Positions 7,041 to 16,666 of a DNA stretch of 17,327 bases are shown piece by piece. Every line of letters starts with the position of its first letter. Positions within the stretch are counted from its first letter, which is position 1. The stretch spans positions 1 to 17,327 of the forward strand of contig JBBCAV010000067.1 in NCBI GenBank assembly GCA_051382305.1, given 5' to 3'. Position numbers and translations under genes: made by a program. The DNA comes from Bdellovibrionota bacterium FG-2 (GTDB lineage: Bacteria > Bdellovibrionota > UBA1018). The notes under the pieces are model-generated. The model searched no databases. It saw only the letters and a list, made by a program, of their open reading frames with translations, and was not told the origin of the DNA.

Positions 7041-8869
7041 CTAGTCGTTAGGCCAGATTAATTTATCGCATTCTTTTGGCGCGGGCAGTCCGTGGTCATT
7101 GCCCTCAAGGGAGAGGATGCCCGTTGCGTAGTTCAACGTTCGATATTTTGATTCGGGATGTTCATTGGCTATTTGCTCGTCGGGATGTCTATCTAGCCAT
7201 TCTTGATCGACCTCGGTTCGGCAGCTCGTCGCTAATAATTCAAAGGCTTTTTGCTTGGATTGTTTTCTTAAGTAGTGTTTTTGAAAAAGGTCTGCAAAAT
7301 ATTCATCTCGCTTATTTTCAAGATCCGTAAGCGAGGGGAGGGCCTTGGTCTTTTTCTCGAGGGCAAAGATGGCAAACTCGCCCAGCGTGATATTGGAGTC
7401 GAGACAGTCTAGGACTTCCTTTATCTTAGTTTGATCTTGAGGTGCCCATTTGAGCATCGAGGTGGGTTTGTGATCTTTTGCGGCAAACGTTTGAATAAAA
7501 TGTCCCCATTCGTGCATGAAAACAGCCTGTAGGAGGTCAGAATACTTTGGATCAAAGGCGATAAGGGTGGTGCCAAATTAATGGAGAATTCTTTGAATAC
7601 GGGGCTCCAAGCGGCGTTGAATTTGTTGCTTCTCGCCGCATCAGGGTCCATGAATTCTTGCGCCATGTTTGTGCTTTTGACTACTTGGTCAGAGGCTTGA
7701 GCAAAACTATCTTTAGCCTGCTTTGAAAATATCGAGTCTTGAAACATAGAGTTCAACAGGTCTCCCGTTTGCGTAACTATTTTCTGTCTCACAGGAATCA
7801 TCTCTTTTGTTTTTGCCGCTATTACCATTTTGCCATAGGTTTCACCCAAGCAGAGGCAGTCTTCTTGCGGGGCGTCGCCACATATCGCAGGCCATAGGGT
7901 TTTAGCGGTGCTTTGGAAAGTTTGAAATGTGTTCCAGGTAGAGCCATTATCGCGAGCTTTCTGGTAGCGCTCTCCTAACCGTGGCAGTTTGTAGGCGGGG
8001 TCACTTAAGGCAGCCCAAAGTACGTTGTAGGCGACGGCTTGGTTTAAGGTTACGGGCGCTTTGATTTTGAGGTTAGGTGACACATTTTTGTTCCAGCCGT
8101 TTTCTAATAATTCTTGCGGAATTTGCTCAAGTCTCGGGTCATCTACTGAGGTTACGTCCGCAGTTTTTGTGCAAAGCTCTCTACTGAGGCGAGAGCCTTG
8201 GAAGGTCTTTAGGTAATCCATTAGGACATAGGCGGCGGGGCTTTTCTCCGTGTTCTTTCGCGGACTTTCCTCGATTTTTGCGTATTCACTTGGTTCGAGT
8301 AGTTCTTTGCGTACGACGAGGCAATAATTAATGAGTGTGTCGCCAAACTCGGCGGCATAGTGGTCGGCGTTGAGCAACTTTTGGGACAAGTCTGACGCAC
8401 TTGGTTTTGTTGAGTCTTGATCAAGGGCAGCGAGGTTCTTTTCTTGCGTCGTGAGAACCTGAAAATCCCCCTTTCGGAGCTTTTCTACGCATTGGGGTTC
8501 GATGAGGTTTTGAATGGGTTGCGTCGCTAGAATTTGGGCGTTAATTCGTGATTCAATTTCTTTGGATCTTTTTTCGCCTGCATTGATTGAGGCGGTGCCA
8601 ATGGGGATGATTCCATTCTTTAGCCCGCTCTTGGGGCCGCAGATCTTGTCGTACGTTTCTTGCTAGGGCACAGAGTTGTAACAGGCGGGCGCCCGATTGA
8701 GTGTCGCGTAAAGATCGGTAAGGCTTTTTGATGAAAATTTTACCGACAGGTTTAATAAGCGATTATCCAGTCTTTCTTGTGCAGTTTCGAAATGTGCGTC
8801 CGGTTGAGCAATGGGTTGTGCGAAACAAAATGACGACATCAATGTGAACAATGCGATCAGGATTCTCAC
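7041..8869 (-). pseudogene. Disrupted secreted zinc metallopeptidase (gluzincin, M13/M48-like), about 609 aa if repaired
   Basis: Signal peptide VRILIALFTLMSSFCFA. An in-frame TAG sits at 8665-8663 and the frame stays open into ORF 7421-8389. A one-base shift near 7575-7577 joins NAAWSP..FSIN to FGTTLIAF..AVFMHEWGH. EYFAD and HPESKYR follow. Confidence 0.8.
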
Positions 8870-8931
8870 GATCACGATTGTACCCTGAATCTTGATGTGA
8901 AGAACTAGGCAAATTATTCCGCCCAAATACC

Positions 8932-10293
8932 CTAAAACACCATTGACAGTTCAGCAATCCCATAGGGGGCAAGCGTGGTGTTGCGCCCCAAATACGGGAG
9001 ATTGATTGTGAGTCCCATTTGTAGCGGGAGTGGAAAGTCATTTTTCAGAAAAAATGGGATCGTCGAAAACGAGGCCCCGACAATCAGGGTCTCGGTGTAG
9101 ATGTCGGTCTTTTCGGAGAGATAGGTGTAGTCTCGATCGGACTTAGAGCCTTCATAGCGATCCCGCTGTTTCCATCCCCATTCATAATCACCGCTGATGC
9201 TAAATGAAGAAGTGAAATTGAGGGAAGCGCCTAAGGTGAGTGATTCTTTGGTGCCGAGTTTTTGAGTCACGTTCTCTTCGTCGGAAAGATCGGGAATCAC
9301 CACATCGGAACTTTTGCGCACGCGAAGCATGCGGTGACCAAAAAGGGGTTGGGTCCACTTTATCCCTTGCGAAAGGGTTATCCAATCCCAGGGCGTAACG
9401 TTGACGATGTGGGCCACGCCCATATCCCAGGAGCCTTGTCCAAAATCTGTCTCGGTGAGGATGGCAGGGTTTTTTGTTTTGCCCGTGGGAGCGGTCGTTG
9501 TCGTTTGAAACGAGGCTAGAAAAGTTGGAGGTTGGGTAGGCACATTGAAGTCGGCGCCTAGTTTGAGCCAATTGTAGCGAGAGAGGAGGTAGATGTCTCC
9601 CAGTCCCGTTCCTTGCCAATCTTCAACGCGTGCATAACCTTTGTCGGTGAGCACGCCTTGAAACGTGTCGTCCGAAATATTGCGCACTAAATCCAGTGCG
9701 TCTCGCAGTTCGGGCAGGACGCTTGGATTTGAAGAGACAAACCCATAATAGATGTCGTTGGCCGTGTTGTTTCCAGAGATTGAATGAGCGACCTTCACTT
9801 GGGTGCGAAGCGTGGGGACGACGAGAGCAACGGTGAGTTGATCCGTCACCCCATGTTGGAGCGATACCACGGCTTCTTGGCGCTGCGCTTCGACGCCGAC
9901 ATTGAGTTTTCCTAAGGAGAGGGCGTCTCCTAAAAGAGGGGCGGAGGCGTTTTGCGTGATTCCGTAGAAACCATTTTCACGCTCCTTCTTCTCGTAGCGC
10001 TTGCCCGTGGCGTTTAAGAAGTTTACGAGTTTTGAGAGACGAGCATCAAAATCCTTCAGTTTTGAAGAGGAGAGCTCGAAGTTGTAGTCTTTGGTGAGGG
10101 ATTGGATGTCGCCATTGTTATCAAATGTTTCAGTGATCCCTGTGGCTTGGGCATAGACGAAGGTCATGCGCGAACGTCCGCCCGGAAGAACACGTGCGTC
10201 TTCAGCAGACGTAGGAGTGCATAAAGATGTGCAAATTCCAATAGTTGAGATGGAAAAGGTCAGCAATTTGCGGGCAGAAGGCATGAGCGACAT
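8932..10293 (-). CDS. Outer-membrane beta-barrel protein (SphA / MetA-pathway-like transporter family)
   Basis: Signal peptide, GLGDI, APTG and GQGSWD motifs, alternating beta-strand pattern, C-terminal Phe. GGAG precedes the ATG. Confidence 0.65.
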   Translation of the reverse strand: MSLMPSARKLLTFSISTIGICTSLCTPTSAEDARVLPGGRSRMTFVYAQATGITETFDNNGDIQSLTKDYNFELSSSKLKDFDARLSKLVNFLNATGKRYEKKERENGFYGITQNASAPLLGDALSLGKLNVGVEAQRQEAVVSLQHGVTDQLTVALVVPTLRTQVKVAHSISGNNTANDIYYGFVSSNPSVLPELRDALDLVRNISDDTFQGVLTDKGYARVEDWQGTGLGDIYLLSRYNWLKLGADFNVPTQPPTFLASFQTTTTAPTGKTKNPAILTETDFGQGSWDMGVAHIVNVTPWDWITLSQGIKWTQPLFGHRMLRVRKSSDVVIPDLSDEENVTQKLGTKESLTLGASLNFTSSFSISGDYEWGWKQRDRYEGSKSDRDYTYLSEKTDIYTETLIVGASFSTIPFFLKNDFPLPLQMGLTINLPYLGRNTTLAPYGIAELSMVF

Positions 10294-10436
10294 GGAGTTC
10301 TCCGGTTAGAAACGCAGAGCAGAATTTGTCATAAAATGCGCGACGCGTCAAGAGTGGAGTTTTTGAATTTGTGGATAGCAAAATAGATGCACCCGTGATA
10401 ACACTATGCGTCACGAAAGAGAGGTCCTCCGTGGTT

Positions 10437-12605
10437 ATGAAAAAGCATCGGTTTCTGCGCCCACTCGTATTGTCGTTGTTGGTCTCGGGTTCGCTCTCTG
10501 GTGGCGCTTTTGCTTATGATCTTCGTGTTTCGGTGAGCGAAGCGCGCGAGGTTTTGAATCATATTTTGGAGGATGCGCGACTTCACCCCGAACCTAAGGG
10601 GAGCAGTGAAGCGGAGAGGCGTGAGTTTTCTGCTAATCTTCTTCGCTCGTATCGTAAAGGTGGCGCGCCGGGCGCGATGTCGGCAAAATATGGCGAGGGC
10701 CCGATAGAAATCAAAACCGCGCCTTTTCTAGGAGTGGTGCTCAACCAAAAAATGCCGGAGATTTATCCCGCAGCCTACGCAAAAGCGTACAAAGAAAATT
10801 TCGAAAAAGAAGTGAAGCGCATTCATTTAGAAACGCTGTTTGATGAGGGGCTGATATCAAATATCGTCAATGGTACTGTGCCGGCGGACCAAAAGGAGGT
10901 GGCCGATCAAATAGGCCTTTGTTTGGCCACGAAAGTCGCCGCCGGAAAATCCCCGCAATGTGAGCTCGATGAATCGGATCGCGTTAAGAATCCAAGTTTT
11001 TTTGCCAAGGCCTGGGTGAAGCTAACGTGCGGTCATTCGTGGCTTGAGCCCAGCGATTGCCGTGCAAGAAAAGTTATTTTTAATGCGGCCAAAGGGCAGC
11101 TCTTGGCGGCCCGTCTTGATCCCAAAGTGCAGGAGCAGGTGGCCCGCGAGTTTGCCGTGAAGTTTTCGCCTCTTTTTAGAGAAGGATTTTCCGAGGAAAT
11201 CTCTGGGCGAATTGCGGCCTTTCCCGCCCTTGTTTCGCAAAAGTTTCGAGGCGAAGAGGATCCGTTTTGGTCGGATCATACGCCCTTGGTAGAATTGGAC
11301 CCCACGTCTTTTGGAAAACTGAGTCTCAAAGAGTTCACTTCGAGCGTCCGTGCGGATATGGGGCTATCGGCGCTTCTTATAAGTTCTGAGGATGCAAAAC
11401 TTCGGGGTCTCTCGGCGGCCTTGTTTTATGCTTCGGCTAATAAAATGTTGTTGCTGGCTGGAGGCGAAGAAGCAGTGATTCGGAATGGTCGCTTGGAGTT
11501 CGCACCCGGAGGTGGTGTTGATTTAGCTCATCCTGAAAAAGCCCCGGCACTTCTCTTGGGGGCTTTTGGAGGTTGGGGTGCGCAAGGTGCGCCTGGAGAT
11601 TTTCAGTTTTCCCCTTGGGACTTCGCCGCCTACGATCCCACGGCTGAGGCGCATCCTACGGCTTTTCGAGTTTTTCCATCGCTCTTTTTATTGGGGCCTA
11701 GAGGTGTTCCCAGAGCTTCGCCCGGTTCGTCGCCTTACGAAGCCATCGGGGATCTCGCTGATATCGTAACGATGTCGCTTGATTTCTTGCGGTACACTCT
11801 CCCCGGAACCCCATTTTGGGAGCATTTTGGCGGCAACGACGAACTCGAAAAAATCTTGGAACCCTCGAGCCCTATTCTTTTTCCGCGCGATGGACGCTTG
11901 TTGGCGGTCGGAGTTTTGGCAGCGGCACTTAAGAATCTCATCGCCCCGATTCAAGGGCATGTTGAAATGACTGATCCAGGAAGTTCCCAAGGCGCTTTGG
12001 GGGTATTGTTTCACGAGATCGTTAGGCTTTCGGGTCGCGATCCCGTGGGGATTTCAGTGCGAGGGGTTTCGAAAATGTTGCTCGCTGCCTCTGAGTTGGA
12101 CTCCTCGTTAGCTCAAGATCCGGCTGTGCCCGCAGAGCTGCTCGCAGTGCTGCCAAAGCTGGGCGATGCACTGCAAGTGGGCGCCCTTGCAATGTCTGCT
12201 AAGGGTCAATCTTCTGACGGTGGTTTTTGTGATCGATTGGATGTTCCGCAAACTTCGTCTCGGACGCTGTCTTCAAATATCTGGGGACTCCGGGCTTTGG
12301 GGCGAGCTTATGAACGCTCACAAATGTCGGTGATTAAATTGAGCCTCAAGTCCGGCTGGCATTTTTTAGAGTCTTTTTGGCCTGAAAACGGCAATCTTAA
12401 GCCCATTGAGGGCGGCGGCGCGCAGAGCGTAAACCCCAGTGAACTTTGGGCGCTCCTCAGGCTGTGGGATGAATCGCAAGGGCGTGTGCGCCAAGATCTT
12501 TCGGGAGAAATGGATTGGACCAAGTGGGATCGCAGAATGGAGACTTTGCGGGCCACACTTTGGGCGCAACTGAAAACTGAGCACGGCCCCGTGCCGCTGA
12601 ATTAG
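10437..12605 (+). CDS. Large secreted hypothetical protein, possibly with a C-terminal alpha/alpha-toroid region
   Basis: Long ORF with signal peptide MKKHRFLRPLVLSLLVSGSLSGGAFA. GAGG upstream (GTG 10431 is an alternative start). QSSDGGF resembles a prenyltransferase/squalene-cyclase repeat. Confidence 0.75.
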   Translation: MKKHRFLRPLVLSLLVSGSLSGGAFAYDLRVSVSEAREVLNHILEDARLHPEPKGSSEAERREFSANLLRSYRKGGAPGAMSAKYGEGPIEIKTAPFLGVVLNQKMPEIYPAAYAKAYKENFEKEVKRIHLETLFDEGLISNIVNGTVPADQKEVADQIGLCLATKVAAGKSPQCELDESDRVKNPSFFAKAWVKLTCGHSWLEPSDCRARKVIFNAAKGQLLAARLDPKVQEQVAREFAVKFSPLFREGFSEEISGRIAAFPALVSQKFRGEEDPFWSDHTPLVELDPTSFGKLSLKEFTSSVRADMGLSALLISSEDAKLRGLSAALFYASANKMLLLAGGEEAVIRNGRLEFAPGGGVDLAHPEKAPALLLGAFGGWGAQGAPGDFQFSPWDFAAYDPTAEAHPTAFRVFPSLFLLGPRGVPRASPGSSPYEAIGDLADIVTMSLDFLRYTLPGTPFWEHFGGNDELEKILEPSSPILFPRDGRLLAVGVLAAALKNLIAPIQGHVEMTDPGSSQGALGVLFHEIVRLSGRDPVGISVRGVSKMLLAASELDSSLAQDPAVPAELLAVLPKLGDALQVGALAMSAKGQSSDGGFCDRLDVPQTSSRTLSSNIWGLRALGRAYERSQMSVIKLSLKSGWHFLESFWPENGNLKPIEGGGAQSVNPSELWALLRLWDESQGRVRQDLSGEMDWTKWDRRMETLRATLWAQLKTEHGPVPLN

Positions 12606-12617
12606 GCTTGGTTTAAC

Positions 12618-12645
12618 TTGTGCATCTCTGGTGAGGTGTTAAACT
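12618..12645 (+). promoter_or_regulatory. Putative promoter of the carboxypeptidase gene
   Basis: TTGTGC, 16 nt, extended -10 TGnTAAACT (12640-12645). An inverted repeat GTTTAAC/GTTAAAC lies at 12611-12617 and 12638-12644. AAGGAG precedes ATG 12696. Confidence 0.35.
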
Positions 12646-12695
12646 AAAACCGTAATTCAACCTTTTTTATAGAACTCTCATGAAGGAGACTTCTC

Positions 12696-14000
12696 ATGTT
12701 GCTACGGAATGCGTTCTTTTTGATCCTCCTTATTCTTATGGCAAGTAGCTCTGTCGTAGTCGCTCGCAACTCGCGCGCGGATGTCCCGCCTGTGTCTCCG
12801 GACTTTGAGCAGGCCTTTGTGCAGATCTTAGCCAAAGACAAAGTCGCGCGCTCAAAACTGGCCGATCTCGGTGTGAGTATCGAAGCTCTTCGCTCTGACA
12901 GTATATGGGGATTTGTGAGTCCTTCGGTTCTAGCGCGCGTGAAGGCCGCTCATTTCAAGGTTACTTCTCATACACCCGCTCACTTGCTTGATTTTCCAGC
13001 ACAAGACGGGCGCTTTCATAATTATCAAGAGACGCTCGCAGCGTTGCGAGATCTTAATGCAAAACACCCGGACATCACCCGTTTGCAGAGTATTGGCAAG
13101 TCCAATGAAGGGCGTGACCTTTGGGCGTTTCATTTAAATACAACTCCTGAGGCGCTCTCGAGTGGCCTTAGCGGGAAACCTGGTGCGATCTTCATGGGAA
13201 ACCATCATGCGCGGGAGCATTTGAGTGTGGAGGTTCCGCTGATGCTTGCGGAGTACCTGCTTGCGAATCGGGCGGATCCCAAGATTGCGGCACTCTTGGA
13301 GTCACGCGATATTTGGGTGATCCCCATGGTGAATCCGGATGGCGCGGAGTGGGATATTGCTTCGGGCAGCTATCGCTCTTGGCGCAAGAATCGGCGTGAC
13401 AATGGCAACGGCGTTTTTGGCGTCGATCTGAATCGTAACTATGGATTCAAATGGGGAACCGGTGGATCTTCTGCGGATCCCACGAGTGATGTGTTTAAAG
13501 GCAAGACTCCTTTTTCAGAACCTGAGACGCAGGTTGTTCGCGATTTTGTCGAAGCGCATCTGAATGCGAAAGTCTTGCTCACGTTTCACTCCTATAGTGA
13601 GTTGATTCTTTATCCTTGGGGTCATAAATATAATCCCGTCGAAAACACGCGCGATCATGACGTATTTACGAAGATGGCGACGACGATGGCGAAGTGGAAC
13701 GGCTATACTCCCGAGCAATCCAGCGCTTTGTATATCGCCAGTGGCGATACGACGGATTGGGCTTATGGCGCGCACGGAATTTTTGCGTTTACCTTTGAAC
13801 TCTCTCCAGCCGATGCTTGGGGCGGGGGAGGGTTTTATCCCGGCGCAAAGGTGATCGACAAAGTGTTTCAGGATAATCTGAATCCTTGTCTCTATATGCT
13901 CGATGTCGCTGATGATCCTTACCGCGTTTTAGGAAACCAACCCACGGGCGGTTTGCGCTCGTATGTGGAGCCTTGGGTCGATCCCGCGGTGCGGTGGTAG
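12696..14000 (+). CDS. Secreted M14 zinc carboxypeptidase (carboxypeptidase T-like) with propeptide
   Basis: Motifs HAREH, NPDG, WRKNR, GVDLNRN, FSEPET, FHSYS, GDTTDWAY and TFEL, plus a signal peptide. Confidence 0.95.
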   Translation: MLLRNAFFLILLILMASSSVVVARNSRADVPPVSPDFEQAFVQILAKDKVARSKLADLGVSIEALRSDSIWGFVSPSVLARVKAAHFKVTSHTPAHLLDFPAQDGRFHNYQETLAALRDLNAKHPDITRLQSIGKSNEGRDLWAFHLNTTPEALSSGLSGKPGAIFMGNHHAREHLSVEVPLMLAEYLLANRADPKIAALLESRDIWVIPMVNPDGAEWDIASGSYRSWRKNRRDNGNGVFGVDLNRNYGFKWGTGGSSADPTSDVFKGKTPFSEPETQVVRDFVEAHLNAKVLLTFHSYSELILYPWGHKYNPVENTRDHDVFTKMATTMAKWNGYTPEQSSALYIASGDTTDWAYGAHGIFAFTFELSPADAWGGGGFYPGAKVIDKVFQDNLNPCLYMLDVADDPYRVLGNQPTGGLRSYVEPWVDPAVRW

Positions 14001-14021
14001 AACCTATATTAATGGTCTATT

Positions 14022-14411
14022 ATGTCGGCACCCATGAAAAAACCCCGTACTGATTCTGATGACAATGTGGAGCTGGTCGTTCGTGATCGCTCCGCCCGCG
14101 TCTTTCGCCTTCCTCGGGAGAAGATGCGTGGCCTTGTTAGTTTGATTCGAGAGCATGAAGTCAAGCAAGACGATCAGCTCATTTCCGCTGACGAGGTATT
14201 TAAGAGCCTTTATGAAAAATATGGAAAGGTAGGCACGGTAATACGTGGCGCTCGTGCCAAGGAGGGATTGACTCAGACTGAGCTTGCTAAGAAGCTGGGT
14301 GGAACTCAAGCTGACATTTCTCAAATGGAAACGAGCAAACGACCCGTGGGAAAGAAGATGGCGCACCGGCTTGCAGAGATTTTTGAGACCGATTATCGGA
14401 TTTTTCTCTAA
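14022..14411 (+). CDS. XRE/HTH_3 transcriptional regulator, HigA-like antitoxin architecture
   Basis: C-terminal HTH IRGARAKEGLTQTELAKKLGGTQADISQMETSKRPVGKKMAHRLA. Start is ATG 14022 or 14034. Confidence 0.88.
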   Translation: MSAPMKKPRTDSDDNVELVVRDRSARVFRLPREKMRGLVSLIREHEVKQDDQLISADEVFKSLYEKYGKVGTVIRGARAKEGLTQTELAKKLGGTQADISQMETSKRPVGKKMAHRLAEIFETDYRIFL

Positions 14412-14430
14412 ATATACAATACTCGTTCTT

Positions 14431-16596
14431 TTATTGTTTGCGCTCTAGCAGCCGTTTTTGGACCTCGAGCGTGCGGACGTATTTGACGTAGAAACACGAG
14501 TCTTCATAATCAATCGTGAGAGGCTTTGGATCAATGATCTCGAGTTGTTCGAGCACATTGAAGTTTTCTCGGCAGCGCTTTAGCAATCGTCGTTTGAAAA
14601 AGCCTTTCTTAAGAGTTGACGCAAAAAGGCTGCAAAGGTGCGGGGCGGTTTTGGAATCAATTTCAGGAATCAACTCCGACTCCTGACTCAAGGATCGTTT
14701 CACCATCCGTCGGATCTCTTTTGAAAAGCCGTCTTCAAAACTCTCGAGCGTCGTTTGATACTTTTCTGCCCTAAAATTTGCGCCGGTCGCTCGGAACTGG
14801 GCGTAGTTTTCAATCACTTGATGAAGCAGCATGCGATCCCGGCGATAATCCCGAAAGGAGATTTTGCCCGAGGCCGGGTCAGACGTATTCCCGTTTATGT
14901 CTTCCCACAAGAACTCATTTTCCACGACGCGCATGGCGCGCAAGAGGCGATCCGTGGATTTTGAGCCTAAGGTCAAAACGGATTGGGCATTGATCTGGGC
15001 CACGGCTCCGCGAGCCATGGCTTCAAATACGGCGGAGCCTCTGAAGTTCAATTCGCGCTGATAACAAACCAGGGGCGGAGCCAAACCCTTCGCAGGACTT
15101 TCTTCTAAGCTCGCAGGACAAGGTTCAACCGTCGTCGGTGATACCTTGAGAAAACTTTCAATTTTATCGACTATGTCCAACATCGCTTCAATCGCGCCCC
15201 GCTCGCGCTCAGGAACAGGTGAGGGGGCTTCTTTGGCGAGGCCCGCAAACTTCTGCAAGAAAAGCTTCAACTCGCTAAAATCACCCAAAGCGTGGGGGTA
15301 TTGCGCGTCCAGTTCATGGCGCAGGTCTTCAAAAGAGCGTTTCTCGCGTAGGAGTTGCTCTACTGCGATGATCGTAGCCTTGGCCTTTTCGATGGTGGCG
15401 TTTGCTTCTTTGACCATCATGTCTAATGTCTTCGGCTCGCCATAATTATTCGAGGACGAAACACTCAGTCCTCGGGCCCTTAAATCAATGAGCCAGCGGC
15501 TCTTCTCTGCATCCGTGGCATGATCGGGTAAAACGGGAAGCATGTTTGGATCGATAATTCGTGCTTCCAAATACTGAATTATAAGATTCAAATCAAATGT
15601 AAGTGCAGAGCCCATGGTGGCAACCGAATTAAAAATCGCGGAGAAACTGCCAACTCTTTCTTGCTGGGAAAATAATTTCTCAAACTCCCCGACTTGCCCA
15701 GGCTGATACTCTCGTTCAATAAGGCGGCGAATCTCGTCGGTTTTCGAGCTAAACTGATATGCCCGGCGATACTCACACGCCGAATATTTGATTGCGTAAT
15801 AAGTGCACGCCAAAACCTGGTCATTTTGAACATTGGTAATCTGATTAAGAGCGTGCTTTACTTTGGAGTCACTCAAAAGCGCGGTAAGATTAGCCATCAC
15901 ATCTAGGGCAGCGCCAGCCACGGCTTGATTGGCGAATCCCGTATAACCCGTCGCAAGCGAGGCGACACCCATAACGGAACCGAGCATCGGCGCCCAACCG
16001 CCCATGGCATCCACACACTTAGGATCTATCGCACGAAGATTCTGTAGAAACACCCCGACTTGACCATAGAGATCGCCGCGAAACTTGTTCTCGCGCGTTT
16101 GCTGAAACTCTTGGGAGTGGGCGAGGTTGCTGGCTTGCGTGCTGAGTTGAGATTCCTCAAATTTTTGAATTGAACTATCTAGGGCGGCGATCTGCGCTGA
16201 CTTCTCGATGTATTCAGGCGTGGTTGGCGGATAGTGGGATCGGTCCAACTTTACCGCGCTCATCTGCATCTGCAAATCCAAAATGTACTTGCCGGTGACT
16301 TCAAAGTTCACCTGATCTTTGGCAGAGGGGTCCAGTGAGCCATAATAATTTGAAATCGTTGAGAGCGAACCCAGCAGTTTCGTGAGCGGCGCTTCGCACT
16401 GAGCTTTGCCATTGAGCTTTGCTTCGAGGGCGGCCTTGACCATCCCCATCAGGCCGTCAACGTTGAACGGGTCATCCGATTGATAAAAAGGACAGTTGAA
16501 GAGCACGCCGTTCTTGGGGAGTTCAACTTCGGCACGCGCCTCAAACGATTGTGGGACCACCAGCACAAGACTGATCCAAAGCAGTGGGTGAAGCAT
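14431..16596 (-). CDS. Large secreted helical hypothetical protein
   Basis: Long ORF with signal-like MLHPLLWISLVLVVPQSFEARA from ATG 16596, coiled-coil-like stretches, scattered Cys and a Gly/Ala-rich hydrophobic segment. Confidence 0.8.
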   Translation of the reverse strand: MLHPLLWISLVLVVPQSFEARAEVELPKNGVLFNCPFYQSDDPFNVDGLMGMVKAALEAKLNGKAQCEAPLTKLLGSLSTISNYYGSLDPSAKDQVNFEVTGKYILDLQMQMSAVKLDRSHYPPTTPEYIEKSAQIAALDSSIQKFEESQLSTQASNLAHSQEFQQTRENKFRGDLYGQVGVFLQNLRAIDPKCVDAMGGWAPMLGSVMGVASLATGYTGFANQAVAGAALDVMANLTALLSDSKVKHALNQITNVQNDQVLACTYYAIKYSACEYRRAYQFSSKTDEIRRLIEREYQPGQVGEFEKLFSQQERVGSFSAIFNSVATMGSALTFDLNLIIQYLEARIIDPNMLPVLPDHATDAEKSRWLIDLRARGLSVSSSNNYGEPKTLDMMVKEANATIEKAKATIIAVEQLLREKRSFEDLRHELDAQYPHALGDFSELKLFLQKFAGLAKEAPSPVPERERGAIEAMLDIVDKIESFLKVSPTTVEPCPASLEESPAKGLAPPLVCYQRELNFRGSAVFEAMARGAVAQINAQSVLTLGSKSTDRLLRAMRVVENEFLWEDINGNTSDPASGKISFRDYRRDRMLLHQVIENYAQFRATGANFRAEKYQTTLESFEDGFSKEIRRMVKRSLSQESELIPEIDSKTAPHLCSLFASTLKKGFFKRRLLKRCRENFNVLEQLEIIDPKPLTIDYEDSCFYVKYVRTLEVQKRLLERKQ

Positions 16597-16602
16597 TGCG
16601 TC

Positions 16603-16631
16603 GATATACTCAAGGAACGGTGAAATGTCAC
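16603..16631 (-). promoter_or_regulatory. Putative promoter giving a leaderless transcript
   Basis: GTGACA (16631-16626), 17 nt, TATATC (16608-16603), 6 nt, ATG 16596. No SD. Confidence 0.4.
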
Positions 16632-16666
16632 CCCTTCTTTTGGTTCGTGGCATAGCAGCTATTTTA

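Noticed and set aside
7570-7585. Programmed -1 frameshift in the peptidase
   Set aside because: The site T-AAT-TTG is not a canonical X-XXY-YYZ heptamer and I saw no stimulatory structure. A one-base deletion is simpler.
8663-8665. TAG reassignment or pyrrolysine read-through in the peptidase
   Set aside because: TAG ends several intact genes here (methyltransferase, barrel, 722-aa orphan, M14), no pyl genes are visible, and the same gene also has a frameshift.
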